Shown here: positions 9,995 to 20,603 of the stretch, piece by piece
How positions within the stretch are numbered: position 1 is the first letter of the stretch
Layout: each line of letters starts with the position of its first letter
Assembly: GCA_965204735.1 (NCBI GenBank)
Contig: OZ242008.1
Coordinates: 448,001 to 512,000 of the forward strand
Source of the DNA: Longimicrobiales bacterium
GTDB lineage: Bacteria > Gemmatimonadota > Gemmatimonadetes > Longimicrobiales > Gaopeijiaceae
DNA length: 64,000 nt
Direction: 5' to 3'
Notes under the pieces: model-generated
The model's input: only the letters and a program-made list of their open reading frames with translations
The model's database searches: none
What the model was told of the DNA's origin: nothing
Program-made: the position numbers and the translations under genes

Positions 9995-11125
9995 GTGACC
10001 CGAATGACCAGCAAGACCTCGGCGGGGCCGTCAGCGTACTTGCTGGCTGTCTCCGCCGGCTTGGGGCTTCCGCTCTCTGCACAGTCCACTGGACCTGCGC
10101 TGATCCTAGAGGACAGCGTTGTTCTGCAAGAGACGGACGAGCACTTCCTCGGCAGGCCCATGGAGATGTTCATGGGCGACGACGGATCGTTCTTCGTCAT
10201 CGACGCTTTTGCCGAAGCCGTTCTGCGCTTCGACCAGTCCGGGCGGCATATCCGCACGTACGGAAAGCGAGGCAGAGGCCCGGGCGAGTTCTCCCACGTC
10301 GGAATCGGAGGGTTCGCCTCGGAGGTCCTCGGAGTGGCCGACGGGAATCCTCCACGTAATCAGGAGATTGAGTTGTTCGACCTGCAGTCCGGCGAGCATG
10401 TGGGTCGGGTCGGGGCCGCGGGCCTCGTGACGGCGTTGGCGGCACACGACGGCGAACTGTGGGTGGGGACAATCGACCCCGAGACCTGGAAGTCGTTGGC
10501 GGTGAAGCCGCTCGCGGCCCTGCTCGAGGGGTCGACGTCGATTGCGCCGGACCGGCTACCGGTTCCCAAGCCGTATGTGGTCAACGAACTGATCATGGGG
10601 ATGTTGGGAGTCGTGAGGCTGCATGTCGGCGAAGACGACTTGCTTGTGGGGTTCAGTGGCAGCCCGTTCGTGCTGCGAGTGACTCGCGACGGCGAGGTGC
10701 TCGACACCATCCCGTTGCTGGCCGCCGAGCGACGGGGCGTTCCCGGCGAAGACAGCTTCATCGAGTCGATGACACTTGATGAAGAAACTGCCTACGAGGA
10801 ACTCTTCAGCGTGGCATCGACGCTGGTCAACCTGTCCAGGAGCGGCGGCTACGTGTTCACTGTCCACGCGGACGGCGAACTCCACGGCCAGCAAGTGAGC
10901 ACCCGAATGTACGTGAGCAGCCTGAAGGAAGACGGTACGGAGCAGTGCCCCGACACGCCGATTCCCGCGTCCGACGTGGGGCGGGCTATTTCGGTGTTGC
11001 AAGGTTCCAGCCTGTTCGTCCTGGACCAGCGGATCGACGACGGTCCACAGCGTCTCCAGACTGTCGTGCGAAGGTTCACTGTGGACCCTCGCGACTGCAC
11101 CGGCCAAGTCCGCACGCGACGGTGA
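9995..11125 (+). CDS. Secreted 6-bladed beta-propeller (NHL/TolB-like) protein
   Basis: Signal-like N-terminus and the VLRFDQSGRHIRTYGKRGRGPGEF motif. GTG 9995 follows GAGG (alternative ATG 10004). Confidence 0.8.
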   Translation: MTRMTSKTSAGPSAYLLAVSAGLGLPLSAQSTGPALILEDSVVLQETDEHFLGRPMEMFMGDDGSFFVIDAFAEAVLRFDQSGRHIRTYGKRGRGPGEFSHVGIGGFASEVLGVADGNPPRNQEIELFDLQSGEHVGRVGAAGLVTALAAHDGELWVGTIDPETWKSLAVKPLAALLEGSTSIAPDRLPVPKPYVVNELIMGMLGVVRLHVGEDDLLVGFSGSPFVLRVTRDGEVLDTIPLLAAERRGVPGEDSFIESMTLDEETAYEELFSVASTLVNLSRSGGYVFTVHADGELHGQQVSTRMYVSSLKEDGTEQCPDTPIPASDVGRAISVLQGSSLFVLDQRIDDGPQRLQTVVRRFTVDPRDCTGQVRTRR

Positions 11126-13008
11126 AGCAGGTGGGCATCCGACGGCTCGCGACGGCGCTGTGGTTGGCGACGCTGGCCGCTGCGCCCTCCGCAGCCTCCG
11201 GCCAAGTAGTCTTGGGGCGGCTGGTGGAAGCCGGTCAGGGCAACGCCGTGGGCGGCGCCATGGCGGTGCTGGAGGACCGCTCGGGCCGAGGCCGGGCGCA
11301 AGCCCTCACCCGCACCGGCACCGGCCTCTTCCAGCTCGATGCGCCGGCCCCGGGCGAGTACCGAGTCCGAGCCGACCGGATCGGCTACGCGACCACCTAC
11401 TCGGAGTGGTTCCGCCTTGCCGCCGGCGACACCGTGTCGCTGCGCATTGAAGCCCCTTTGGAGGCTGTCTCGCTGAAAGGCGTCGTGGCGGAGGCGGATC
11501 GTCGCTGCCGAGTGCGGCCCCAGGAGGCCATGGCCGTCGGCCGGGTCTGGGAAGAGGCCCGCAAGGCGCTGGCCGCCGCGGCTTGGACCCAGAGCCGAGG
11601 GACGTACGAGTACAAGCTGCTGGGGTTCGTCCGGCAGCTGGACCGGGAGGGTCGCAAGGTCGAGTCGGAGAACCGTGCGCTGGCACAGGGTTGGGCGAAG
11701 GCGCCTTACGTCTCGCGCCCGACCGACTCGCTCACCGCCCACGGCTACGCCCGGGTCACAGGCGAAGGGTCCTGGTTCTGGGCGCCGGACGCCGAAGCCC
11801 TGCTGGCCGACTCGTTTCTTGACACGCACTGCTTCCGCGTCGTGGCGGGCGGCGACGACGCCCCGGGCTTGGTGGGTCTCGCCTTCGAGCCCGTCTCCGG
11901 CCGGTCGGTGCCCGACATAGCGGGTACGATGTGGCTGGACCCGTCCACGGCCCGTCTCCGTCGGCTCGAGTACCGCTACGAGCGGCTGGGCGTACCTCCC
12001 GCACTGCTGGCGGCGGAGCCAGGGGGCGCGGTCCGGTTCCGGGAGCTGCCCAACGGCACGTGGATCGTGGACTCGTGGAGCATCCGGATGTTCCGGGCCG
12101 GCGTCGTCGAGCATCCGCTGACCGGGCGTCCGGCGGCGACTCTCGACGGGGTCACGGTGCAGGGCGGCGAGGTGCTGCGGGTCCACGGACCCGGCGGCGT
12201 GGTCTTCGACGCCGGCCCGGGGCTCCGCATCGCCGGCGTGGTCCGGGACAGCGTAGGGGCCGGACTGGCCGGCGCCCGCGTGTTCGCGCCGGGCGAGGGC
12301 CTCGAAGCGACGACGGGGCCGGACGGCGGCTTCGAGCTGACCCATGTGGGACCGGGCGAGTATCAGGTCTCCTACAGCCACCCCTACCTGGACGAGCTGT
12401 GGTACGCGCCCGATCCCGCCGAAGTGAAGGTGGACGGCGACGGCGACGCCGAGCCGGCCTGGGTGGAGTTCACGGCCCCGGCGACCAGCAAGATCATGAA
12501 GGACGTGTGCCGGGGCATGGACCCTCCTCGGAGCGTGCTGATCGAGGTCTCGGCGCTCGTCCAGCGTTCGGAACTTGCGACGCACGCGGACGAGGATGCC
12601 CCGCCCTGGAAGATCGTGTGGCCCCGCGGCATCCTGATGGGACATGTCCGCGACGCCCAAGGGAAGCCTCTTGCCGACGCCACCGTGCGCGTCCTGTCCC
12701 ACGCCTACGACATGGCGGTTGCCACCAAGTTCGGCAGGGACAACCGCCACCCGGCGAAAGTATTGGAGAAGGAAGGCCAGCGGAGCGGCGTGGTAGTGAC
12801 GACCAACAGCTCGGGGTTCTACCGGGCGTGCTGGGTGCCGACCAACACGCCGCTGCGGGTTGCGGTGTTGGACGACGACGAGACGCTGGTCCCGGGGCAG
12901 GAAGACGAAGGACGGCTGATGGCGAACGTGGTCGCCGTCACCGAGCGAGTGATCACGATCTCCCTCCAGGAACCCCATGTGACGCTGGACTTGGGCAACG
13001 AGCGGTGA
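11122..13008 (+). CDS. Secreted protein with multiple carboxypeptidase-regulatory-like domains
   Basis: Signal peptide; GRLVEAG..PGEYRVRADRIGY, IAGVVRDSVGAGLAGARV..PGEYQVS, GHVRDAQGKPLADATV. GTGA overlap with the previous gene. Confidence 0.8.
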   Translation: MKQVGIRRLATALWLATLAAAPSAASGQVVLGRLVEAGQGNAVGGAMAVLEDRSGRGRAQALTRTGTGLFQLDAPAPGEYRVRADRIGYATTYSEWFRLAAGDTVSLRIEAPLEAVSLKGVVAEADRRCRVRPQEAMAVGRVWEEARKALAAAAWTQSRGTYEYKLLGFVRQLDREGRKVESENRALAQGWAKAPYVSRPTDSLTAHGYARVTGEGSWFWAPDAEALLADSFLDTHCFRVVAGGDDAPGLVGLAFEPVSGRSVPDIAGTMWLDPSTARLRRLEYRYERLGVPPALLAAEPGGAVRFRELPNGTWIVDSWSIRMFRAGVVEHPLTGRPAATLDGVTVQGGEVLRVHGPGGVVFDAGPGLRIAGVVRDSVGAGLAGARVFAPGEGLEATTGPDGGFELTHVGPGEYQVSYSHPYLDELWYAPDPAEVKVDGDGDAEPAWVEFTAPATSKIMKDVCRGMDPPRSVLIEVSALVQRSELATHADEDAPPWKIVWPRGILMGHVRDAQGKPLADATVRVLSHAYDMAVATKFGRDNRHPAKVLEKEGQRSGVVVTTNSSGFYRACWVPTNTPLRVAVLDDDETLVPGQEDEGRLMANVVAVTERVITISLQEPHVTLDLGNER

Positions 13009-14060
13009 CGGCGTGCGCGGTGAGCCTCGTCTTCGCGTCCACCGTTGCAGGACAGCCGGTCGGCGAGGTCTCGGGCGAGGTCTCCTGTCTCGATTGCCGA
13101 ATCACAATGGACACGGTCCTGACCCTTGAGGGATTCGACGGGCCTGGCAGCCATCTCGTCGACGACGCCTCGCGGGTCCTTGTGGACCATCGGGGACGGA
13201 TCCTCGTGACGACCACTCCGAGCCACGAGATTGCCGTCTTCGGTGCGGACGGGAGGTTTCTGCGCGAGATCGGCGGGGCGGGCGAGGGGCCGGGAGAGTA
13301 CATGGGAATCGCAGAGATCCACGTCGGCCCGAAGTATGTTCATGTGTTCGACATCAGCGGTCGCACCTTGCTGGACCCAGACCACGGCTTCGTCCGAAGA
13401 GACGGCTTTTGGGCTCAGAGCGGCTCGGCGACGGTCACGCAATCGGAGACGGTCGTCTTCGCGGGCGAGGTTCCCACGTCCGAGTCCTTCGGACACCACC
13501 TTCACATCCTGGACGAGGACGGCGCTCTGCGTTCGTACGGATGGGACGGGCGGGAAGCTCGCGGTCCAACGTGGCGATGGTTTGCAGTAGCGGCGAACGA
13601 CACCATGGCATGGATTGCCGATGCCCGTTCCGGCCGGATGGAGATGTGGGCTCTCGTCCCCGTGCCGAAGCTGTCCCGGATCTTGTATCGGAACTTCGAG
13701 GAGTTCGACCGGGAGGCGTCGGCGGGTCCGCTGTGGCCCGGCACCTTCAACATTCGCGCGCGCCTCGACGACCACGGGCTCTGGATTCTCTGGGGAGCCC
13801 CGGATCCCGATTGGTCGCTGCGCACCCGCGACCCGGAAACTGCGGAACAATGGTACCTCGAGGCGCCCGTGCAGGCGATTGAGGACGGGGTGCTGGACCT
13901 GATCGACCCGGCGACAGGACGGACTCTGGCCCGCCACCGCAGCGACCTGCCGCTGCCGGGGTTCGTCGACGGTTCGGACATGGTGACCGCCTACGAAGAG
14001 ACGAAGGCGGGCGTTCCCCGGCTTCACCTGTTGCGGCCGAACGTGCACGTCCGCTTCTAG
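13005..14060 (+). CDS. Secreted 6-bladed beta-propeller protein
   Basis: GEVSCLDCRITMDTV and IAVFGADGRFLREIGGAGEGPGEY. GTGA overlap. Confidence 0.75.
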   Translation: MTACAVSLVFASTVAGQPVGEVSGEVSCLDCRITMDTVLTLEGFDGPGSHLVDDASRVLVDHRGRILVTTTPSHEIAVFGADGRFLREIGGAGEGPGEYMGIAEIHVGPKYVHVFDISGRTLLDPDHGFVRRDGFWAQSGSATVTQSETVVFAGEVPTSESFGHHLHILDEDGALRSYGWDGREARGPTWRWFAVAANDTMAWIADARSGRMEMWALVPVPKLSRILYRNFEEFDREASAGPLWPGTFNIRARLDDHGLWILWGAPDPDWSLRTRDPETAEQWYLEAPVQAIEDGVLDLIDPATGRTLARHRSDLPLPGFVDGSDMVTAYEETKAGVPRLHLLRPNVHVRF

Positions 14061-14088
14061 CTGGGAGGACCGTCTGCGCTTGGGCGCC

Positions 14089-15006
14089 TCACGGCGGTCC
14101 CGGCGACGACCCGCCGGAGATCGCCAGCCGGCGGCTGCGGTACGTTGCCGAGCCGACGACGCCGTACCCGTTCCGCACGTTCTGGACGGGGTGGACTGCG
14201 TGCAGGTTGCCCCGGCTGCCAGTGGTCAGATACGCGTACAGGTGTCTGTCCATGGCGCCGACGTCCAGCATGGGACCCGGTCCCGCGCTGTCCACGGCCA
14301 AGTCGGGCACGTCGCCGGTGAAAGCTGGTTCATCCACGTCGGCGTACCAAGTCTCGACGCAGTTGATGCAGAATGCATGGCGCCGCCTGATCGCCACGAA
14401 GTAGCGATGAGCTGCAGTCGCGGGCGTCCAGCCGGCGGCCAGCGCATACGAGCCTCGGTTGCCCGAGAGGGACGCAACTTCGACTGCAAAGTTGCCGACC
14501 ACCGTCGTCTCGCCCGAGGCGGGAAGGCGGCCCTCTGCGGTCGCCTCGACCCGGTATGTGGCGCCCACCTCCAGCTTGGCTTCCGGCGTCATGCAGTACC
14601 TGCCGAAATCGCCGGGGCGGGCGACTACTCCGAAAGACTTCGCAGCCCACCCGTCGTTGTCGCGAATGCACTGCTTGTAGTCGGTCATGACCACGCCGGC
14701 CGCGGCGGCTCGTGCGGCGTCCCACTCGGCGACCAAGGTCCATTCGGGGCCGCCGGAAGCGGTGTTGCGACGATGGATCGTCACTCGGACGCCGGAGAGG
14801 TGGGGACGGGAGTAGTGGTCGGCCGCTGCCACTTCGATCACTTGGCGCGCCGAGTCGGCGTCGAGCACGGCGAACACGAACAGTCGGTCGTTGAGCGTCT
14901 CGGGGAAGTCGCTGGGCGCCGTGGGTTCGCCGCACGAACCCAGCAGAACCGTCGCAGCGGCAAAAACGGCAACGGCCTCAAGCCGGAAGGGCTGCTTCTT
15001 GGACAT
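14089..15006 (-). CDS. Lipoprotein, DUF4249-like partner of a TonB-dependent receptor (copy 1)
   Basis: Lipobox LLGSC; C-terminal NVRNGYGVVGS typical of DUF4249-like proteins; lies downstream of the TBDR. Confidence 0.7.
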   Translation of the reverse strand: MSKKQPFRLEAVAVFAAATVLLGSCGEPTAPSDFPETLNDRLFVFAVLDADSARQVIEVAAADHYSRPHLSGVRVTIHRRNTASGGPEWTLVAEWDAARAAAAGVVMTDYKQCIRDNDGWAAKSFGVVARPGDFGRYCMTPEAKLEVGATYRVEATAEGRLPASGETTVVGNFAVEVASLSGNRGSYALAAGWTPATAAHRYFVAIRRRHAFCINCVETWYADVDEPAFTGDVPDLAVDSAGPGPMLDVGAMDRHLYAYLTTGSRGNLHAVHPVQNVRNGYGVVGSATYRSRRLAISGGSSPGPP

Positions 15007-15025
15007 GGTGCGCCTCATGCGTTTT

Positions 15026-17319
15026 CTAGAACCGAAAGTCGATTCCGATGGAAGGGGAAAGGGGCATCTGCCTGCCCGGCTTGAAGGTGTAGGGTTCGTC
15101 GAGTTCGGTGAAGCCGGTGAAGTTGTACCGAAGGACGTTCTTCCTGTTGCCCGCGTTCACGACCGACAAGTAGGGAATCAGCTTCCAGGAACCCCAGCGA
15201 AAGGCGCGTCGCACCGACAGATCGAGGCGCGCGTAGACCGGAAGCCGTCCCTGTGCGTCCGACCAGATGATCATCACGTCCAGCTCGGTCAGGTACGATC
15301 CGAACGGATCTTCCTGGAGCAGCTGCTCGGGACCGAAGCGAAGCGCGTCGTACGCTCCAGCCGGGAACCAGAACGGTCCGCCGGTGCCCACTATGGTCCG
15401 GAACGACGCCTCGACGCCGCCGGCAGGTCGGTCGCCAGCAACCCGTCGAACTCGTGGCGTCGGTCCCACTGGGGAGCGTACTCCGCCCCGGAGGAGTCGA
15501 TGAACGCCGACTGCGCCCACTGGTACGACAGCCAGCCCCGCACCCGGCCCGAGTGCCGCTGCACCATGACTTCGAGGCCCCGCGCCCTGCCGTCGTGAAG
15601 CTCGACGCCGGAAGGGTCGCGCGAGAGGACCGGACGCCAGTGGGGCACCGACCTGAACCGCCGAGTCCAGACCCCCACCGACGCCGTCCACTCCTCGCCC
15701 CGCCAAGTGTCCACCGACACGCTGGTGCCGTCCGCCGCGCTGACGGGCGCGTCCCGGCCGTGCAGGAACCACATCGGAGCGCCCGGCTCCAGGGAGTAGG
15801 CGTCCCGCAGGACCGAGAGGAACTGGTACGTCCGGTCCACGCTGGCGCTCACCGCGAACGCGGAGGTCCGCAGCCGGACCGAGAACCGAGGCTCCAGGAA
15901 GCTGCGCCCGGAGCGGCGCTCGCTGCCGGCCCGAACGCCCGGCGCGATCCGAAGTGGCCCGGCCCAGCCCTCCAGCTCGGCGAACACGGAGAGGTGCTGG
16001 TAGGAGTCGGAGAGGTCGCCGTCCACGTAGCCGCCGATGCCGCCCGTGGTCCGCAGGGTCACCGGACCCGCCTCGAAGGCGACGCCGGCACGTCCTCCGA
16101 AGCGGTCGCCCCGGAGGGTGACCCCTGCGCGGAGTCCCGTCGCCGAGATGCGGTTCGTCGTCACGGGCGAGGTGGAGGTGCCCCCGCTGGTCCGCTCGCT
16201 GTCGTAGCGGCTGTAGTACGCGGTCACGTCGCTGGACATCCGGTGATCCGGCACCCACGACCAAGTGGCCGAAGTCGCCAGGTTCGCCCACTCGGAGGTG
16301 AACGAGTACTGGGTTCCGGACGACGAGAGGTCCCAGTCGAACACATCGTCCGATGCGAAGATCGAGAGGTGCAGCCGGTGCTCGTCCGCCGGATGGGCTT
16401 CGAGCCCGAAGTTCAGGTCGTGGAAGGAATACGGAACGTCGATCGTCGCAACGTCCACGAAGGCCTTCCGTCCGGCGGCCAGCCAGCGGAGTCCGCCCCA
16501 CGGCGCGCTCCCGTCGGCGGCGAACCGGACGCCCAGCAGGCTGACGCCGCCAGCGAAGTGGGTGTCGTCGGCGCTTCCCGTCTTCTGGCGGGCCGCCACC
16601 ACGCCGGAGAGCGCGCCGCCGTAGCGGGCGGGGATCGAGCCCCTGTAGAACTCGGTGGACTCGACGGCGTCGGCGTTGAAGGCGCCGAAGAGGCCGAACA
16701 TGTGGTACGGCGCGAAGACGGGCGCCCCGTCGATCAGCACGGCGACTTGGTCGCTGCCGCCGCCTCGCACGAAGAGCTCGCCGGAGTAGTCGTTGACGTT
16801 GGCGACGCCGGGGAGCGCCTGGAGGCTGCGAAGGACGTCGGTCGCGACCAACGGCGGCACGGCCTTGATCTCGGCCTGGGTCATCCCGACGGCTCCGACG
16901 GCGACCTCCCGGTCGAAGAGGCGTCGGTGCAGCTTGATGGAGGTCATGCGGCGCTCGGCCTCGACGGTGAGCGGCGGCAGTTCGACGGCGGAGCGTTCAA
17001 GGGCGAGCACGACGACACCGCCCGCCTTCGGGACGGCGACGAGCGTGTCCAAGTCGGCATAGCCCAGGCGCCGGGCGACGACGCGCACGGCGTGGCCTTC
17101 TCCATGTCCGTCCACGAGCCCTCGGTCGTTGGTGACCCCTCCCGCGCGGTGTTCCGGGAAGTCCACGAGGACGCCGCTCACCGGCTCGCCGCTGGGCCGG
17201 TCGACGGTTCGGACCGCCCAAGCCCTCGAGTCGGGAGCCTGGGCGGCGAACGTGGGGCACGGCGGGGCCGAGCTCGCCAGGGCGGCCAGCGCGGCGACGA
17301 AGACACTGGCGCGTCTCAT
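15026..17319 (-). pseudogene. TonB-dependent receptor (copy 1), frameshifted near 15422
   Basis: Near-identical to 18275-20578, but GG at 15422-15423 versus GGG at 18680-18682. The C-terminus (SIGIDFRF) lies in another frame. May be a sequencing error. Confidence 0.8.
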
Positions 17320-17345
17320 GGGAATCTCCTATGCGCTTCGGCGCC

Positions 17346-18257
17346 TCACGGCGGTCCCGGCGACGCCCCGCCGGAGATCGTCAGCCGGCGGCTGCGGTAC
17401 GTTGCCGAGCCGACGACGCCGTACCCGTTCCGCACGTTCTGGACGGGGTGCACCTCGTGCAGGTTGCCCCTGTTGCCGGTGGTCAGGTATGTGTATAGGT
17501 GCCGATCCATTGCGACGACATCCAGCATGGGGTCCGGTCCTGCGCTGTCGACGGCCAGATCGGGCACCTTGCCCGCGAATCCCGGTTCGTCCACGTCGGC
17601 GTACCAAGTCTCGACGCAGTTCATGCAGGACCGATAGCGTCGCCTGACGGCCACGAAGTACCGGTGCGCCTCGGTGCTCGGCGTCCATCCGGCGGAGAGC
17701 GCGTACGAGCCTCGGTCGCCCGAGAGGGCCGCGACCTCGACTGCGAAGTCGCCGACCACCGTCGTCACCCCCGAAGCGGGAAGGCGGCCGTCCGCGGTCG
17801 CTTGGACCCGGTACGTGGCGCCCACCTCCAGCTGGGCTTCCGGCGTCATGCAGTACCTGCCGTCGCCTGACCAGTTGATGTCTCCGAGAGACTTCTCGGC
17901 CCACCCGTCATGGTGGCGACGGCACTGCTCGTAGTCGGTCATGGACACGCCGGCGCCGGCGGCGCGCGCACTGTCCCACTCGGCGATCAGGGTCCACTCG
18001 GGTTCGCCGGGAGCGGTGTTGCGGCTATGGATCGTCACTCGGAGCTCGGAGAGGTAGGGGCGGGCAAAGTGGTCTGCCCCCGCCACCTCGATGACCTGGC
18101 GCGCCGAGTCGGCATCAAGCACGGCGAACACGATCAGTCGGTCGTTGAGGGCCTCGGGGAAGTGGCTGGGCGCCGCCGGGCTGCCGCACGAGCCCGGAAG
18201 CGTCGCGACCGCAAGAGCCGTTGCGGCCGACAGCGGGGAGAGCTTTGTCGTCGACAT
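17346..18257 (-). CDS. Lipoprotein, DUF4249-like (copy 2)
   Basis: MSTTKLSP..LPGSC; paralogue of 14089-15006. Confidence 0.7.
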   Translation of the reverse strand: MSTTKLSPLSAATALAVATLPGSCGSPAAPSHFPEALNDRLIVFAVLDADSARQVIEVAGADHFARPYLSELRVTIHSRNTAPGEPEWTLIAEWDSARAAGAGVSMTDYEQCRRHHDGWAEKSLGDINWSGDGRYCMTPEAQLEVGATYRVQATADGRLPASGVTTVVGDFAVEVAALSGDRGSYALSAGWTPSTEAHRYFVAVRRRYRSCMNCVETWYADVDEPGFAGKVPDLAVDSAGPDPMLDVVAMDRHLYTYLTTGNRGNLHEVHPVQNVRNGYGVVGSATYRSRRLTISGGASPGPP

Positions 18258-18274
18258 GGTTGGCCTCGTGCTTT

Positions 18275-20578
18275 CTAGAACCGAAAGTCGATTCCGATGG
18301 AAGGGAAGCGGGGCATCTGCCTGCCGGGCCCGAATTCGTAGGGCTTGTCGGGGCCGGTGAAGACCGTGAAGGGGTACTGAACGACGTTCTCCCGGTTCCC
18401 TGCGTTCACCACGGAGATGTAGGGGACCAACTCCCAGGAACCCCAGCGAAACGCACGTCGCACCGACAGATCGAGGCGAGCGTACACCGGAAGCCTCCCC
18501 TGCTTGTCCGACCAGATCGTCATCAGGTCGGAAGTCGTCAGGTACTTGCCATAGCGCAGCTGCTCGATCCCGTTGATACGTTGCACCGCACTGAAGCGCA
18601 GCGCTTCGTACTTGCCGGCCGGGAACCAGAACGGTCCGCCGGTGCCCACCGTGGTCCGGAACGACGCCTCGACGCCGCCGGGCAGGTCGGTCGCCAGCAG
18701 CCCGTCGAACTCGTGGCGTCGGTCCCACTGGGGAGCGTACTCCACCCCGGAGGCGTCGCTGAACGCCGTCCGCGCCCACTGGTACGACAGCCAGCCCCGC
18801 ACCCGGCCCGAGTGCCGCTGCACCATGACTTCGAGGCCCCGCGCCCCGCCGTCGTGAAGCTCTACGCCGGCGGGGTCCCGCGAGAGGACCGGACGCCAGT
18901 GGGGCACCGACCTGAACCGCCGAGTCCAGACCCCCACCGACGCCGTCCACTCCTCGCCCCGCCAAGTGTCCACCGACACGCTGGCGCCGTCCGCCGCGCT
19001 GACGGGCGTCTTCCGCCCATGCAGGAACCACATCGGGGCGCCCGGCTCGAGGGAGTGGGCGTCCCGCAGCACCGAGAGGAACTGGTACGTCCGGTCCACG
19101 CTGGCGCTCACCGCGAACGCGGAGGTCCGCAGCCGGACCGAGAACCGGGGCTCCAGGAAGTTGCGCCCGGAGCGCCGCTCGCTGCCGGCCCGAACGCCCG
19201 GCGCGATCCGAAGCGGACCGGCCCAGCCCTCCAGCTCGGCGAACGCGGAGAGGTGCTGGTAGGAGTCGGAGAGGTCGCCGTCCACGTAGCCGCCGATGCC
19301 GCCCGTGGTCCGCAGCGTCACCGGACCCGCCTCGAAGGCGACGCCGGCGCGTCCTCCGAAGCGGTCGCCCCGAAGGGTGACGCCTGCGCGGAGTCCCGTC
19401 GCCGAGATGCGGTTCGTCGTCACGGGCGAGGTGGAGGTGCCCCCGCTGGTCCGCTCGCTGTCGTAGCGGCTGTAGTACGCGGTCACGTCGCTGGACATCC
19501 GGTGATCCGGCACCCACGACCAAGTGGCCGAAGTCGCCAGGTTCGCCCACTCGGAGGTGAACGAGTACTGGGTGCCGGACGAGGCCATGTCCCAGTCGAA
19601 CACGTCGTCCGACGCGAAGACGGAGAGGCGCAGGCGGTGCTCGTCCGCCGGATGGGCTTCGAGCCCGAAGTTCAGGTCGTGGAAGGAATACGGAACGTCG
19701 ATCGTCGCAACGTTCACGAAGGCCTTCCGGCCGGCGGCCAGCCAGCGGAGTCCGCCCCACGGCGCGTTGCCGTCGGCGACGAACCGGACGCCCAGCACGC
19801 TGACGCCGCCGGCGAAGTGGGTGTCGTCGGCGCTTCCCGTCTTCTGGCGGGCCGCCACCACGCCGGAGAGCGCGCCGCCGTAGCGGGCGGGGATCGAGCC
19901 CCTGTAAAACTCGGTGGACTCGACGGCGTCGGCGTTGAAGGCGCCGAAGAGGCCGAACATGTGGTACGGCGCGAAGACGGGCGCGCCGTCGATCAGCACG
20001 GCGACTTGGTCGCTGCCGCCGCCCCGCACGAAGAGCTCGCCGGAGTAGTCGTTGACGTTGGCGACGCCGGGGAGCGCCTGGAGGCTGCGGAGGACGTCGG
20101 TCGCGACCAGCGGCGGCACGGCTTTGATCTCGGCCTGGGTCATCCCGACGGCTCCGACGGCGACCTCGCGGTCGAAGAGGCGTCGGTGCAGCTTGATGGA
20201 GGTCATGCGGCGCTCGGCCTCGACGGTGAGCGGCGGCAGCTCGACGGCGGAGCGTTCGAGGGCGAGCACGACGACACCGCCTGCCTTCGGGACGGCGACG
20301 AGCGTGTCCAAGTCGGCGTAGCCCAACCGCCGGGCGACGACGCGGACGGCGTGGCCTTCTCCATGTCCATCCACGAGCCCCCGGTCGTTGGTGACCCCGC
20401 CCGCGCGGTGTTCCGGGAAGTCCACGAGGACGCCGCTCACCGGCTCGCCGCTGGGCCGGTCGACGGTTCGGACCGCCCAGGCCCCCGAGTCGGGAGCCTG
20501 GGCGGCGAACGTGGGGCACGGCGGGGCCGAGCTCGCCAGGGCGGCCAGCGCGGCGACGAAGATGCTGGTGCGTTTCAT
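18275..20578 (-). CDS. TonB-dependent receptor with N-terminal carboxypeptidase-like domain (copy 2, intact)
   Basis: Plug motif DVLRSLQALPGV..LFVRGGGSDQ..IDGAPV, FYRGSIPARYGGALSGVV; C-terminal Phe. Confidence 0.88.
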   Translation of the reverse strand: MKRTSIFVAALAALASSAPPCPTFAAQAPDSGAWAVRTVDRPSGEPVSGVLVDFPEHRAGGVTNDRGLVDGHGEGHAVRVVARRLGYADLDTLVAVPKAGGVVVLALERSAVELPPLTVEAERRMTSIKLHRRLFDREVAVGAVGMTQAEIKAVPPLVATDVLRSLQALPGVANVNDYSGELFVRGGGSDQVAVLIDGAPVFAPYHMFGLFGAFNADAVESTEFYRGSIPARYGGALSGVVAARQKTGSADDTHFAGGVSVLGVRFVADGNAPWGGLRWLAAGRKAFVNVATIDVPYSFHDLNFGLEAHPADEHRLRLSVFASDDVFDWDMASSGTQYSFTSEWANLATSATWSWVPDHRMSSDVTAYYSRYDSERTSGGTSTSPVTTNRISATGLRAGVTLRGDRFGGRAGVAFEAGPVTLRTTGGIGGYVDGDLSDSYQHLSAFAELEGWAGPLRIAPGVRAGSERRSGRNFLEPRFSVRLRTSAFAVSASVDRTYQFLSVLRDAHSLEPGAPMWFLHGRKTPVSAADGASVSVDTWRGEEWTASVGVWTRRFRSVPHWRPVLSRDPAGVELHDGGARGLEVMVQRHSGRVRGWLSYQWARTAFSDASGVEYAPQWDRRHEFDGLLATDLPGGVEASFRTTVGTGGPFWFPAGKYEALRFSAVQRINGIEQLRYGKYLTTSDLMTIWSDKQGRLPVYARLDLSVRRAFRWGSWELVPYISVVNAGNRENVVQYPFTVFTGPDKPYEFGPGRQMPRFPSIGIDFRF

Positions 20579-20603
20579 CGGAGTTCTCCTATGGGCGTCC
20601 AGA

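Larger units (their letters stand above)
14083..20592. repeat. Tandem duplication of a ~3.26 kb TBDR + lipoprotein unit
   Basis: Stop codons at 14089 and 17346 (offset 3257). Long near-identical DNA, including the RBS region TCTCCTATG at ~17325 and ~20585. Confidence 0.92.
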
